Notes: generated by a model from the sequence alone, not told the origin. 63,887 nucleotides of DNA, filler included, from Octopus bimaculoides (GCF_001194135.2; 8 parts of 7 records of this genome joined end to end with filler, not necessarily neighbours in it), one strand, 5' to 3'. Shown: positions 37,102-51,276, numbered from the whole stretch's first letter. Translations and numbers: made by a program.

Positions 37102-39477
37102 GTATGGTCACGCATATGTATACTGCTTATATAGGTGTCGGAATATAAGATTCTGTAATGTTTTACCCCAGAATATTTATTGATCGATGTGTTTATAAAT
37201 AGATGTATCAGTGTCACTGGTGTTGTATTCATAAACATGAGTTCTTTGTTATGTTCTGTATTTATACAATAACACTAGACATATTCTATTAGTGTTAGAG
37301 AACTGATAAATTGGCACACGTTGTAAAATTGATCAGAAAAACTTTTACTACTCAAGCAATGTTCTCCAATATCTTATTTTCGAGTACCAGTACTAGTCAA
37401 TGTCTATTATTTGATTGTTGTCTTCTATGTATGTATATATATATATTTATTTATATGTGTGTATGTATGTGTATACATATACAAATATAAATATATATAT
37501 ATTTTAAATTTACAGAAAACAAAAGACGAAGACATGTGTCATTTAAAATACATACATACATAGAATCATACATACATACATACATACATTCATACATAGA
37601 TACATAGATATATACATACATACATACGTACATACGTACGTACATAACCTCGAAACCTCCAATTTCTATATCCGGATTACATATCTACATTTGTACCAAT
37701 ATAATCTGGTTTCGTAAGTAAATGCCTGTCAGCTGGTTTGAATTTATAGAAGAAAACAACTAGATGACTCGCCCGTTACAAATACAATCAAGCGGAATAG
37801 TATAAATATGCAAGAAACTTCTTAGTTTTAAAATGCGACATTCTTTTCGTTATCTACATTACAATTATGGAGCTCTGTATATTTGTTAGAAACTAGCGCC
37901 ATATATATGGATTTGCTTGTGTAGCTTATCGTGTCTCGTTCTGTGTGAGAAAGTAATGCTTGTTTTGAATGAACACCAACACATTTTCCAAATAAATAAT
38001 CCTAACCCCATCGTTAATAATATCCACTTTAATAAAAATTATTGATGGTTTTATAGAGCCTTTAATAGAATTTCTGCAGTATATTTTTTGAGAATAGAAT
38101 TGTTTTTGAATTTGGTTGAATGTAATTCTGGATAATTCATTAACATTTTTTCAATTTAAAGTATGGATTGTAACTCATTATATCTATTGCTCTATTTATG
38201 ATCCTGTTCATATATTTAGCATCATTCGTTACTTATTGGTGTATGATAGACTCTACGTAACATATCTTTTGAAATATCCCAGTGAAATCTTTGTGTAGAA
38301 TCATTTACAATTTGTACGTTAGCAGAAATGCTTGTGATTCTGTGTTGTTTATATCTTTTCACATTATTATTTATATTCACAAAGTAAACGTTCTGGTTAT
38401 AACTCTTTAGATTTTCATTTAAATAAAGTACGCTTTTACGGAATGATTGAGCTGTCACCCAATCTACCGTTCATTTCTAATCTTCTCCAGTGTTCTGAAT
38501 ATGGATGTAGGATACTGTAGGAAATATTTCAGCAAACTAGACCACTGAGAAAGATCGAGGTCAAGAATTAGCCTCGGAACAGAAAAGTATTGAAACAAGT
38601 ACCTCTCAATTACAAGGTCATGAGCAAAGAATATCACTATTTTTTCTGTCTGCCTCCTTTATCTGTCAGTCTATATGTTTCTCTTTCTCTCACACACTCT
38701 CTTTCTATCTAAATCTATACAGTCAAATATACAAATGTATACAAATGCAAATACGCATACACACATAGACACATACATATTTCTGCACTTACAGATGTAT
38801 ATGTATGAGTGTATATTGTTAACACTTACAACACAAAATAATGCTGCATATCAAATATTAAGAAATGTGTAGCTGCGGAAAATATTACACGTAGCAAATG
38901 TCAATGCACTTTAAATATTGAGTAAAATATGGTTGTGCGTGAATACTATAGAATATAATTAATCATCCGAAATGTAAATATAATTAATCATGTATAGCAT
39001 TGGAGATAATTTAGTATCACTATTAAAAGACACTATTATATGCACACGTGATCTAACATAACCCAGTAATAACAAACTGTTTTTGAACGAATTGTTTTGC
39101 ACTTGAGGGGAAAACGTGTTTGGTGTAGACAATAAATTATCTAAGTTAGAGATAACACAACAAAATTCAACGGCATTTCAATAAAAACGTGCCCAGTTGT
39201 ACATATATTACTTTGAACATTTATAAGTGGAACGTAAGTCATTCCTAGAAGCCTAGGGAGTTATTTCTCATAAGAGTACGCTAAGAACTTCTAATGTTTT
39301 GAGCAGCAGATCAATCTACTTGTGAAATATATTACAAAATTAAGCACATAAACAAATTCACAAGGTACAAATAAAAATACCTTAGTTACAGAACTCAACA
39401 TATTATCTGCTGAAATGCATTTTGAAGGACCTTTAAATGATTTACAAAACCGACTTAATATCTTCCAAAGCTGTCAC

Positions 39478-39547
<70 letters not shown>

Positions 39548-39727
39548 AATATAACACCTGGTGTAGATGATGCTAGAAACCATGTGTCATACATTTTTCA
39601 GTAGTATCAGTTAATTTCTGAAGAGAAAAAAATGACGTGTATCTGAGTATAGTATATCAATATAATAACCAATGAATCAATGGACATTTCGAAATAAACC
39701 AAGTCTAATTTATACAAAAAGAAGGAG

Positions 39728-39793
<66 letters not shown>

Positions 39794-40269
39794 ACATACA
39801 TATATACATACATACATACATACATGCATACATACATACATACATACAAACATGCATACATATGCATTTATGTATAGATACATATATACACGTACATATA
39901 TATCTATTCATATATGTATGTATATACATATGTAAATATGTGTTTGTACATATACATATATATGAATGTGTGTTTGTGTGTTTGTATATGTATGTTTGCA
40001 AGTGTGCATGTGTGCGTATCAGTTTAGAGGAATTTAGCATCCGGGTGGATACCTTGGTGGCTCTGAGTTATATTCCAGGTAATGGCTAACTACATCGATT
40101 ACTATTTAACATATATTATGGGTACTTTCGTGTTTCCTTCTCTGGATGGTAGTATTATCTGGAGTGTATATTAGCAATAATTATTAAGATATAGAATATG
40201 AAAACTGGTACATCATCAAATTATGTTTCCCTTTGTTTTACAATATCACACACTATATATTTATTGTTA

Positions 40270-40835
40270 TTAGTTCGTACGTGTGTCTCCACTGCACAGA
40301 TCATAGACAGTTGCACATGCAACCGTGCATAATTCCTTTTCAGTTTCCTTCAGGCTCTCTCTACCATCTAATATGGAAGCGAATTGAATATACTTTGGTA
40401 CTTTTGGGTAGAGCTCAGGGGTAAGTGAAGGGAGGTTGTTTTGCATTTGAAATGTGATCTGTTTATAAGTTTGCATGGTTGCCTTCGATTTCCCCCCAGT
40501 TGCTCTCATAACTTGGCCATGTAGAGTTTTCTCTTCAATCAGTCTGATATTCAATCTTTGTATTTCATTCATGTCCTCTTCCACTTTTACGCGCTTCATC
40601 ACCTTTTCTTTAGTAGTTTTTCTGTAGATAATCTATTAGACTTCTTCTTTCCATCTGTACATCTTTTACTCCTGCAATTAAGCCTCTTCCACCTGGTTCT
40701 CCCCTCAGGTACAGGCGGTTGATATCAGCTTTCGGATGGTGGGCTCCATACTTAGTCAACAACTTCCTAGGTATTCTATCAAGTTTCTTTATAACGTTTC
40801 TGGACCAGTGTAAAATTCCAATTATTAGCATTATC
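40270..40835 (-). mobile_element. Dong/R4-type LINE fragment
   Basis: LHWSRNVIKKLDRIPRKLLTKYGAHHPKADINRLYL...GGRGL; EEKTLHGQ. Confidence 0.85.
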
Positions 40836-40839
40836 ATTA

Positions 40840-41030
40840 AGGCGGTGAGCTGCTACAATCGTTAGCACGCAGTGCAAAATGCTTAGCAGTATTTCATCTG
40901 CCGCTATGGTCTGTGTTCAAATTCTGGCGACATCGACTTTGCCTTTCATCCTTTCCAGATCAATAATTAAGTACCAGGGAAACACTGGTTTCAATGTAAT
41001 CGACAAACCCCTTTCCCCAAATTTCATGCC

Positions 41031-41070
<40 letters not shown>
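40840..41070 (+). mobile_element. SINE S2 with (TAC)n tail
   Basis: ggcggtgagctg...aatcgttagcacg...gttcaaattc. Confidence 0.85.
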
Positions 41071-42088
41071 CGATATATAAATAGGAAAATTCTCTTAATT
41101 AGATACCCATTTATTAATTGTTTTGCAAACAAGATATCAAATTCACACGTCTCGTTGCTGCACTACAATTTTCAGAGAAAAGAGTAATTTCATTGTCATA
41201 ATATTTCCTTTAACTATCAACGCTGGACAATTCGTCGTATCTAATTGGCTTGATTGCTTATCGTCGACATTTCTAGTTTTCTAATACGATTATAAAATAT
41301 TCCTTATTATAATAATACATATGTTATTATTTTGCAAGATATATTATATCTCAAGATCATTTTGGGAAATTGTAATTTGTCATTTTCCAAAATACTTTTT
41401 TAAAAGCTGACGTAAGTATACAACTGTATAAAATTTGAAATAGGATAAAAAAAATTTATCGTGCAAAATACATTGTACATGGTCTCCAAAAGCGTATTTT
41501 CAAACCATTACAATGAACTCTTAATATGTATTATCAATAAATGAAATTATTCATCGCAGTAAAAATAAATGTACCCTCAGAATTGTTTCTTTTATACTAT
41601 GTAGTTTACTCACCAGAAAGCAATAGATGGTTTGAAAGGTGTTGTAACATAATTAACATGAGAAACTATAAGCCACAAGTTCTATAATAAGATTGTGTAG
41701 TGTTATACTAATGTACTTATAAAAGCGAGTGAATTAAATCACTTTAGCTTTCTACCGAACCTAAAAAAACAAGATCTTAACTGTTCATTGTAAATATTAT
41801 TTAAATTATCAAGCTATGTTTCGCGTGTGTTTGAGGATGTTGAAAATTTAGAAATAAATATTTATTTTAAATCATAGCAATGGATAGTTATGCATGCCAA
41901 GTGACTTGAATGCCATATGATCTAGGAGTTTTTAATATTTCTTGTTTTCTCCGAGCGCTGTATGAATGTGGCAAAGAGGACCAATATAACACTTAAAGAT
42001 TACAGCATGTTCACTGCACGAATGCAGGATAATTTTTTTAGTCACACAGATGTAATATATACATAAAAATACGTACCTATCTGTATCT

Positions 42089-42397
42089 ATGTTTATATCT
42101 GACAACCTCCACCTCATGCGCTACATCATGGACAGGGTAGTTAAGGATCCTGGCATGGGTGGGGCGCTGATCAATTTAGATCAATCTAAAGCCTTCGATA
42201 GGGTCGACCATCGATACCTAGCGGCCGTCCTCAGGGCAGCTGGCTTTGGTCCCGTCTTCCGCGGTTGGATCGCTGCCTTGTATAGCGGCATCCGATCGGT
42301 AATACGGGTAAACGGTCACCTGTCAAAACCGTTCGACATCACGCGTTCGGTCAGTCAGGGATGTCCCCTGTCGGCGCTTCTGAATGTATTGACGATC
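42089..42397 (+). mobile_element. Tx1/L1-clade reverse transcriptase fragment (open frame)
   Basis: DNLHLMRYIMD..ALINLDQSKAFDRVDHRYL..GFGPVFRGWIAALY..VRVNGHLS-like..QGCPLSALL; ends at gap. Confidence 0.92.
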
Positions 42398-42497
42398 NNN
42401 NNNNNNNNNNNNNNNNNNNNNNNNNNNNNNNNNNNNNNNNNTTAATTAATTAANNNNNNNNNNNNNNNNNNNNNNNNNNNNNNNNNNNNNNNNNNNN

Positions 42498-42710
42498 GGA
42501 GTTTTTGGAAGTGGTTATACATGTTTTTGGAGTTTTTGGAGTAGTTATACATGTTTTTGGAGTTTTTGGAAGTGGTTATACATGTTTTTGGAGTTTTTGG
42601 AAGTGGTTATACATGTTTTTGGAGTTTTTGGAGTAGTTATACATGTTTTTGGAGTTTTGGGAGTGGTTATACATGTTTTTGGAGTTTTTGGAGTGGTTAT
42701 ACATGTTTTG
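42498..42710. repeat. 30/31-bp minisatellite, ~7 units
   Basis: Unit ggagtttttgga(a)gt(g/a)gttatacatgttttt; left end at gap. Confidence 0.92.
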
Positions 42711-43499
42711 GAAGCCGTTAGATGAGCCAAGAATCCACGGTGTTATATTTACCATTAAATAGACTTTATTTTGTAACTTGCTATCCATCTCTCAAGCTAT
42801 TGATTAGCATCTCATGACATTTCGTATACCCATAGGTAATTCTTCATTTATGCACATTAACAGCGTATATGCACCTACTTTGTCAGCATTCCAACAAGGA
42901 CAGAATATTTTCTACTTTATTTTTCATTTTATCAGTAAATTCCATATCCTGACCCAGTCATATGAATGGGTGATCTTAATGTCAGAATAGATAATAAACA
43001 CGCAATGTGGTCAAACGTAATAGGAAAATATTGAACAAGAAAAATGAATGCAAGTGGTTCAGGACTGTTGTCTTTTTGTCAACAATTTGGTTTAGTAATT
43101 ACAAACACAATATTTCAGCAGCCCGATAAATATAAAAAAAGCACGTTGAAACACCTTCGTTATGGTAACTAACACATGCTCGACTATATCATAACTCAGA
43201 GCAAAGATTGTAGTGATGTCAAATTAAGTAGAGCTCACAAACTCCCAAATGTTACTCGGATCACAGAATGGTACGCAGGAAAGGTATTTGTTAAATCATA
43301 TAGAAAGAGGCCATTAAGAACCAATATTCCTTCAAGAATAAATGTGTCACCTTAATGGTTTTAACGATTTTATGCACAAGAAAGTGACGAAATACAAAAC
43401 AGAAACAAACTGCATTGATATACTGGTCTCAAATAAAAACATAGCAGAAATGGTCAAAGCGACAAAAAAAAATACATGAATACAGAACTACAAAACATA

Positions 43500-44549
43500 T
43501 TAAAGAAAAAAAATTGGAATGAGAAACCAATATTCTGCTAAGCTTGACAGAGAAAACTTGAGTCTGATAAAAACCAACAATGGCTTAAAAGCTCTGGACT
43601 AAAAGCTGGAACAGAAGGACTGATTTTCGCTGCACAAGACCAATGCCTGACCACAAACAACTATAAAAGTAAAATAATGAAAACAGGCCCTAACACCAAA
43701 TGCAGAATATGCAACCAGCACAATGAGATAATTGACCACATCATCTTTGGCTATCCAGTACTTGCTAAATCTGAATATATATATATATATATACAGACAC
43801 GACCGAGTAAATAGTTATAACCACTGGACAATATGTAAACACAACAACATAAAAAATTGACAATAAATGGTAAAAACATGTGACAAACAAGGTACATGAC
43901 AACGGCCAGGCCACAATCATTTGGGATATGCATGTTAAAACTGACAAAAAAATAAACTAATCGTCCAGACATAATAATCAAGGATTGGAAAATCATTGTC
44001 AGCTTACTGATAGATATTACAGTCCCGCCTGGGCAAAATAGCGTCCGAAAGAAGTGGAAAAATTGTCAAAGTACAAAGATCTCGAAATTGAAGTATTCAA
44101 TGAAGGTGAAAATAATACCAGTAATAGCTGGAGTATTGAGCATGATAAAAATCATGAACGAATACGTAGAAGCTGTACCTCAACCCTCAACACTGCACAC
44201 TATCCAAAGAAATAACCCTGCTAGAAAAAGCCCACATCCTACGCAAGACTACCAATTCAATAATACAACCCAAACAAAACAATCCACAAACACAAAACAC
44301 TCTATATAGCAAATATCCAATAAAATAAACAACCGCCAACAGGCTGGATACCCAACAGAACACAATTTACATTACACATACAACACACAATATAAACGAA
44401 AGATTGCAACTAGAGCCCATAACAAAACAAACTGACGCATTACAATACCGGGAAGGGTTTCCACTCACCCAACAAAAAAAAAAAAAGAAAAGAACACACA
44501 ATACTACACACCTCACTGCAGTAGAAATTTGCCTGAAACTACCAAATGT

Positions 44550-44550
<1 letters not shown>
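43500..44550 (+). mobile_element. Dong/R4-type RLE LINE 3' part
   Basis: WLKSSGLKAGTEGLIFAAQDQCL, KCRICNQHNEIIDHII, RHDRV, NRPDIIIKD, EKLSKYKDLEIE; 3' UTR ends in (AAT)n. Confidence 0.9.
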
Positions 44551-44626
<76 letters not shown>

Positions 44627-44629
<3 letters not shown>

Positions 44630-45960
44630 GGATACAATCACCTAAGAGAACTGCAAGGTGGTAGACTATTGAAAGGAGAAATGGGATGGAAATTCTCAAA
44701 GCGTGCAAGAGAATTAGGAATGTGCTCGAAACAAAAACTAATCGGAAGGAATATCATTAAAACAACAAATACACGGGTTATGCCTGCATAAAGATACTCT
44801 GCTTCCTTTCTAAAATGGACGAAGATCGAGTTACAGATCTTAGATCGAAGAACTAGAAAGCTGCTCACAATACATAAAGCACACCAGCCTAAAAGTAATA
44901 CTGACAGACTATACCTACCAAGAAAAGAACTAGAGGATTAGTAAACAACACAGAAGATACTGTTGGTACTACGATATTAGGGTTGAAAATTATGTGGTAC
45001 GTAATAAAGAAAGAATCCTATCAGCACCTTAAGGTGTCCAAAAAGTTGTTGAAATTAGAGGAAGAGCAGCAAAGTAGTAGCTGGAAAGGGAAAGAATTAT
45101 CTGGCGAATTCATGCAGCAAACCGAAGATGCTGGAAGAAGTAAAGAACGATAGTAGCAGCCGGCAAACGTAAACCTGAAACGAGAGACCGAAGTGCTAAT
45201 TATAGTCACTTAGTAACAAGCCATTAGGACGAATTTGATAAAGGCAAATATTGATTAAACTCAGAGCAAATACAGTTTCTGAGTGATAGGAGACGGAAGT
45301 AGTAATCATGTCTTGAGTGAATGCAGTAAGCTAGCGCGAAAAAGTGTCTAAGCGCAGACATGACTGCGTAGTAAAAGAGTGCATCGAGGTGTTAGCCGAG
45401 TGTATGGATTCAAAATTGCAGAAATGTGGTATGATTACGAATGGCAGGCTTTAATAGAGAATGAGAATTACAGGACTTATGGGATTTCCTCATTAAGACT
45501 GACGAAACTGTTGAAGTAATCCATTTGTCTGTCCTTGTTTGTCCCCTCTATGTTTAGCCCCTTGTGGGCAATAAAGAAATAAGAAACTGTTGAAGTAAGA
45601 AGACCAATTATGATTATAGAGAACAAAATAAACAGCGTAAGATCATGAGCTCTGAAGTGGATACCAGTTAAAAAGGGAAAAAATTGAAAAATATCAGGAT
45701 TAGAGAGCTGAATAGACTGTGGAAGATTAAAACAACAATTATTCCTGCAGTAATTGGTGCAGTAATTGGCATAATACTCAAAATGCTGCCTAACGGAATG
45801 CAAGAGATTAGAATTGAAACTCGCATTGTTAACTTGCAGAAAACTGCCATTTGATATTCTGCAAGAATCCGAAGAACGATTCTTGAGATTTGAGGGTACT
45901 TGACACCAAACCTCAAGACAACATCGATGCAAGCTAATATAGCCTATAATAGTTTTAACA
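44627..45960 (+). mobile_element. Dong/R4-type RLE LINE, 5'-truncated
   Basis: KWTKIELQILDRRTRKLLTIHKAHQPKSNTDRLYLPRK, ECSKLA, LQKTAI..ARIRRTILEI*; starts immediately after (AAT)n. Confidence 0.85.
45520..45582 (+). mobile_element. 63-bp SINE/LINE tail insertion with 16-bp TSD
   Basis: GAAACTGTTGAAGTAA at 45504-45519 and 45583-45598; insert matches 35688-35748. Confidence 0.9.
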
Positions 45961-46029
45961 ATCATTAAAACAACAAAAGCAATGATGATTACATATATAA
46001 TGAAATATAAAAAGCTTAATAATTGCTTT

Positions 46030-46330
46030 AACTAATTTTGGCTCTAGGCCAAGAATATTCAGGAAGAGAGTAATCGAAACTGGTACTTCAATTTATCGAC
46101 GCTGGAGAGATAAAAGAGAGAGATAACCACGAGGTGATTGGAACTCAAGACGTAACGAGCCGTAATAGATACTGCAATGGCTTAACGACTCTACTAATCG
46201 AACGCCCTAGTGACAGTGGCTGGAAGGAGACACTAATCGATTGAATCGAAGAGAGTACTTGACTAGTACTTTATTTTATCGACTTTGGAAGAATGAAAAG
46301 TTAAGTTCATATCGGTGTGATTTGCATTAA
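46030..46330 (-). mobile_element. two decayed SINE S2 fragments
   Basis: Two ggtactt/agtactt..tttatcgac...aaag segments resembling the reverse-complemented S2 core. Confidence 0.5.
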
Positions 46331-46439
46331 AAACTTAAGAGTACCACAACCGCCATCTCACAAAAGAAACCCAAATAAATTCAAATCTTTTCTTTATATA
46401 CACCTTCCTTGATTTTTTTCACTTCATTCCATTTGCATA

Positions 46440-46757
46440 TTATTATTATTATTATTATTTTATGTTTGACTTTTGTTTTGCATTTGTACAAGTTGGATCC
46501 AAGTCTCACCCAGAGACCTCAAGAGACAACAAGTTAGAAGTTCATGTAGGTGTTATGCCTAGGGTACCATATATTTGGATTTGTACAGTTTTGTTCAAGT
46601 GAATGTTTAAGAAACCATAAGAAAATTATGTTTGCTTTAAAATTTGAGATCACATAGACAGTATTTTACGTAGGATATGGGCAGTTCCCATGAGCACTAT
46701 CTTTTGGACTTCAGCCATTTTGGGGTTTCCTGGTATCTGAGCTAGGTAGTAATCAGC
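46440..46757 (-). mobile_element. Dong/R4-type LINE 3' end
   Basis: QIPGNPKMAEVQKIVLMGTAHILRKILSM*; 3' UTR ends in (TAA)n. Confidence 0.88.
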
Positions 46758-46857
46758 NNNNNNNNNNNNNNNNNNNNNNNNNNNNNNNNNNNNNNNNNNN
46801 NTTAATTAATTAANNNNNNNNNNNNNNNNNNNNNNNNNNNNNNNNNNNNNNNNNNNN

Positions 46858-46895
<38 letters not shown>

Positions 46896-46915
46896 CACAC
46901 ACATACACACACACG

Positions 46916-46951
<36 letters not shown>

Positions 46952-47387
46952 GGTATTATATAAACTGGATATATGTGTGTTTATATATGTATACAAACAT
47001 ACATTTAAGTGAGAGATTGTGTGTGTGTGTGTGTGTGTGGTATTGCTGCTGTTACTGCTGTTGCTAGTTTTAACAGTTATGTGTTTTGACACAGATCACT
47101 GTTCGGTCTCTCGCACTACCCCACTCTTTCTTTCACTCTCATTCTCCCTCCACTCTCTCACACACGCACATACCCTCACTCGCGCGCTTTTACTCATGTT
47201 GACCTGTAGTATGACACTGATTAACCCATTCTGTATTTATACATATGACATATATAGCTTAATGTCTACATAATACACATGCATGTGTGTGTGTGTAATT
47301 ATAGATGTATAGATATACATGTATCTATACATACACGCATATATATATACACACATTCACACATACGTGTATGTATTTGTCTGTCTG

Positions 47388-47504
<117 letters not shown>

Positions 47505-47789
47505 GTGTGTGTGCGTGAGTGTATGGATATGTATATATATATTTGTGTGTGTGTGTGTTTGTGTGTCACTGATTGTCAGCTTGTGAACAAGTATAATAAC
47601 TCTCTTGTTACTGATATGTACCTGTAATAGATTTTATAACATTCCTATCAAAAGCCTGAAAACATGCAAGGACGCTTAGGACAAACTTCTGAAAATGTTT
47701 GGACAGGTAGAAGGTCAAGGTTGTTTGAAATGTCTTTTTTTTTTTTAATCCTTACTGAACATGTATTGTCCATATAGAAAATCGCTACG

Positions 47790-48345
47790 TAAGCCTGAAA
47801 TCATTAAGTCAGTTGACATGACCGACCCGTCGCATATGGGACTTGATGAAGCGATCTTCCATATTGAGACAACGTACCATTTCCAGTCTTCTGTACCCGG
47901 TATAAAAAAATTCTAATTGGTGTTTAATATGTCTTCGGCACTTCGAGTGAAATATCTGAAGTATTTTGATATGTAGTCCGTGTCTCAAATGAGTATAGAT
48001 ACACAAGTATCGTAGATATAAAGCTTAGATGATAGTTTCAAATGCCTGTCTGACCAGATTCATTTCTCTGATATCCCAAAATCAACGAAGTCTTCTCAAT
48101 TCTCAGATTGGTTTCCGAATTTAGGGATCAGTTCCTGATAACATCTGCTGCTAAGGTACAGAAAGATAGTTCACATCGACTGTGGTCTCTTCTACGAGTA
48201 TATTTAGTTCTCCTAACGTTACTTTAAGCTTCTTTTTGCTTATTGTAAATCCTAAAGTAGGGCAGGCACTGGAGAAGAGGATCATTATTTTCTGAATATC
48301 TGGGTCCAGGTGTGCCACAAGAATCATCAGCTTACTGCAAATCAC
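47790..48345 (-). mobile_element. RTE LINE RT C-terminal fragment
   Basis: LVAHLDPDIQKIMILFSSACPTLGFTISKKK; LQIFHSKCRRHI...IKSHMRRVGHV. Confidence 0.8.
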
Positions 48346-48649
48346 AAACAAGAGTTAAAATTGTGTTTTTATTTCAATTTCAAACAATTCAAGTTAAACA
48401 GTTTACCTGTTATGCGATTTTGAACAAACATGCCTACATCACAAAAACTGAAATGTATAAGCAATCTCTCCTGCAAAGAATATGTAGAACAACGCTGTCG
48501 CAGATATATACCCATCCTGTTAAATATGATAGTCCACCCACTGGAATCTGTTTTGAAATACCACCATTTGAGTTGAAGTCTTCATATCTATGTGTAGTTA
48601 AAGAAACAAATTAACAAACTTACGAAGACTTCCATACATTTATTCTTCA

Positions 48650-49075
48650 TTCTTTGTATTCTTTTACATGTTTCTTTTAGTCATTCAATTGCTGTGACAA
48701 TGCCATGATGGATTTCGTCCACCAAATCGACAACAGTGTTTATTTCAAATTGGCACTTATTTTATCTTGGTAAACCGTTAAAACGCTGGGACGTAAACAG
48801 ACTATTTCCGGTTTCCAAATGGCGTAATTCAAGCACAAACACCTAGTCACACACGCACATACATGCACACACAAACACATATGCATACCACACAGAGAAA
48901 TGCTCACAGATAGACAGACAGAGAACTGTTTCTATCTACCAAATACCCTCGCAAGGCATTAGTCGGCCCGGGTCTACAATAGAAGACACTTGCCCAAAGT
49001 GCTCCGCAATAGAAGTTGAACTGCAAATCAAGAGATTGTGTAGTTAACTTTTTAACCACACAGCCAACCTGCATT
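48650..49075 (-). mobile_element. diverged full-length SINE S1
   Basis: Collinear with 54175-54530; internal CA-rich tract. Confidence 0.7.
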
Positions 49076-49399
49076 CACGCGTGCGCGCACATTAAAATGT
49101 GTCGTAGAAAAATTGAACAAATGGAACTTAGTCTATATTATTTGTAATCGGCTGAAGTCACAAAAGTGACTTAAGGACCGAAAGTTTCTTGCATGGCACT
49201 CATCAATTTCTCAGATTATATGTGTGTGCGCGCGTGCTTGAGTGTGTTTAAAAAATTATTCTTAATAGTTGCGGGGAAATGCACTAATAACACAAGTTCT
49301 ATTAATCAGAATATTAGGTATTTCAGTTGCACACACTCAGAAGTTTGTGAGTGTGTGTGTGCGTGTATACATACATGTATGTGTGTGTGTGTGTGTGTG

Positions 49400-49461
<62 letters not shown>

Positions 49462-49464
<3 letters not shown>

Positions 49465-50658
49465 GGTGTCGCAAAACTCAATAATAAAAAAATTTTTTTT
49501 AGATTTAACCCATTAGAAGTAATGAAGGAAGCAAGACTAAGTTTTGAACGAATAAAAGTGATACAGGAAGTTTGAAAACGCAGTCGAAGTGCAAAGATAG
49601 TTTAGGATGGAGTTTCAAATAGATCCACCCACACGACTTATCATCACTCGAACTAGAAATGTTTGAAGCAGATTGAATTGTTCAGAATGTCACCAAAAAC
49701 GTCTCGGAAGGCTGCGGACATCGACGAGCCCAACGAAGCAAGAAAGGACACTAGAAACGTCTTCCCAGAGTTCAAGAAAGTTTGTTCAACAAGCGAGTCA
49801 TAAGATAGGAATTTCAAAATCAAGCGTCCATCTCGTTTTAAATTGTCGTCATTGGAAAAATTACATTCCAAGAATAATCTATGCTCTCAATCAAGATGAT
49901 CTAGACCAAAGTTTTGTGAGTAGTACTTGCTGATATGTGCAAAAAATGCACACTTTCCAATAAAAATTGTTTGAAGGCTATAGTTTGATTAAACGGCTCA
50001 AGTAACCGCCAGAATTGTTTCAAATGGGGACCTGGAAATCTGCATATTGCATACAGAAGTACATCTTGTTGATTTATCAGGAGTTACAGTATAGTGTGGC
50101 TTATCATCAAATGGATTAATCAAATCATTCTTTTTCGATTAGTATTGTGATTGGTCCCATCTACTTGAACTTACTGTTACAATTTGTCATGCCAAGCATT
50201 CAAAAAAACTTTGAAAATGTGGAGCCAAATGGGACATTTTCCTTAGTAATGTGATGGTCTACCTTGATTAGATTTTGCTGAAAAGGTGGATTGGATGAAG
50301 TTAAGTAGAGTTCACCGCGTTCACCATTAGCTTTTTTTTTTATACATTGATACTTAAAAGACAATGTTTACAGTATAAAAAAACAAAAAAATAACCAACA
50401 GTCGGCGGACTGAAGGCAGTCATTGAACGAGAATGCTCACAAATCCCGGACGAGATTTCTTTTTGTTATTGCGATTCCATTGCTTCGCGTTATCAGCGAT
50501 GCCTGGACGAGAACAGTCATCAGTGTTTAAAGCACGCGGTCATAAGAAAAATTAAATTTAGCCAGTAGATTCTGTTAAGTTTTTAAAATGGAATGTATAT
50601 TAATAACGCTGATGTTATAATGATTCAGTGTGCGTATGCCATATTTTGGGAGCATCCT
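49462..50658 (+). mobile_element. Tc1/mariner element with degenerate TIRs
   Basis: tagggtgtcgcaaaa ... ttttgggagcatcct; GRLRTSTSP..SVHLVLN..HWKNYIPRIIYALNQDD transposase relic. Confidence 0.75.
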
Positions 50659-50734
50659 CTCTTAGACAAAATGAGATGACAAAGCCAAGGTTGTGAGGAG
50701 TTTTCAGGACATTTATAAGGAAAAAGATATATAG

Positions 50735-50767
<33 letters not shown>

Positions 50768-51276
50768 NNNNNNNNNNNNNNNNNNNNNNNNNNNNNNNNN
50801 NNNNNNNNNNNNNNNNNNNNNNNNNNNNNNNNNNNNNNNNNNNNNNNNNNNNNNNNNNNNNNNNNNNNNNNNNNNNNNNNNNNNNNNNNNNNNNNNNNNN
50901 NNNNNNNNNNNNNNNNNNNNNNNNNNNNNNNNNNNNNNNNNNNNNNNNNNNNNNNNNNNNNNNNNNNNNNNNNNNNNNNNNNNNNNNNNNNNNNNNNNNN
51001 NNNNNNNNNNNNNNNNNNNNNNNNNNNNNNNNNNNNNNNNNNNNNNNNNNNNNNNNNNNNNNNNNNNNNNNNNNNNNNNNNNNNNNNNNNNNNNNNNNNN
51101 NNNNNNNNNNNNNNNNNNNNNNNNNNNNNNNNNNNNNNNNNNNNNNNNNNNNNNNNNNNNNNNNNNNNNNNNNNNNNNNNNNNNNNNNNNNNNNNNNNNN
51201 NNNNNNNNNNNNNNNNNNNNNNNNNNNNNNNNNNNNNNNNNNNNNNNNNNNNNNNNNNNNNNNNNNNNNNNNNNNA

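Noticed and set aside
42498-42710. CRISPR-like appearance
   Set aside because: Units are directly tandem with no unique spacers, no cas genes, eukaryotic context.
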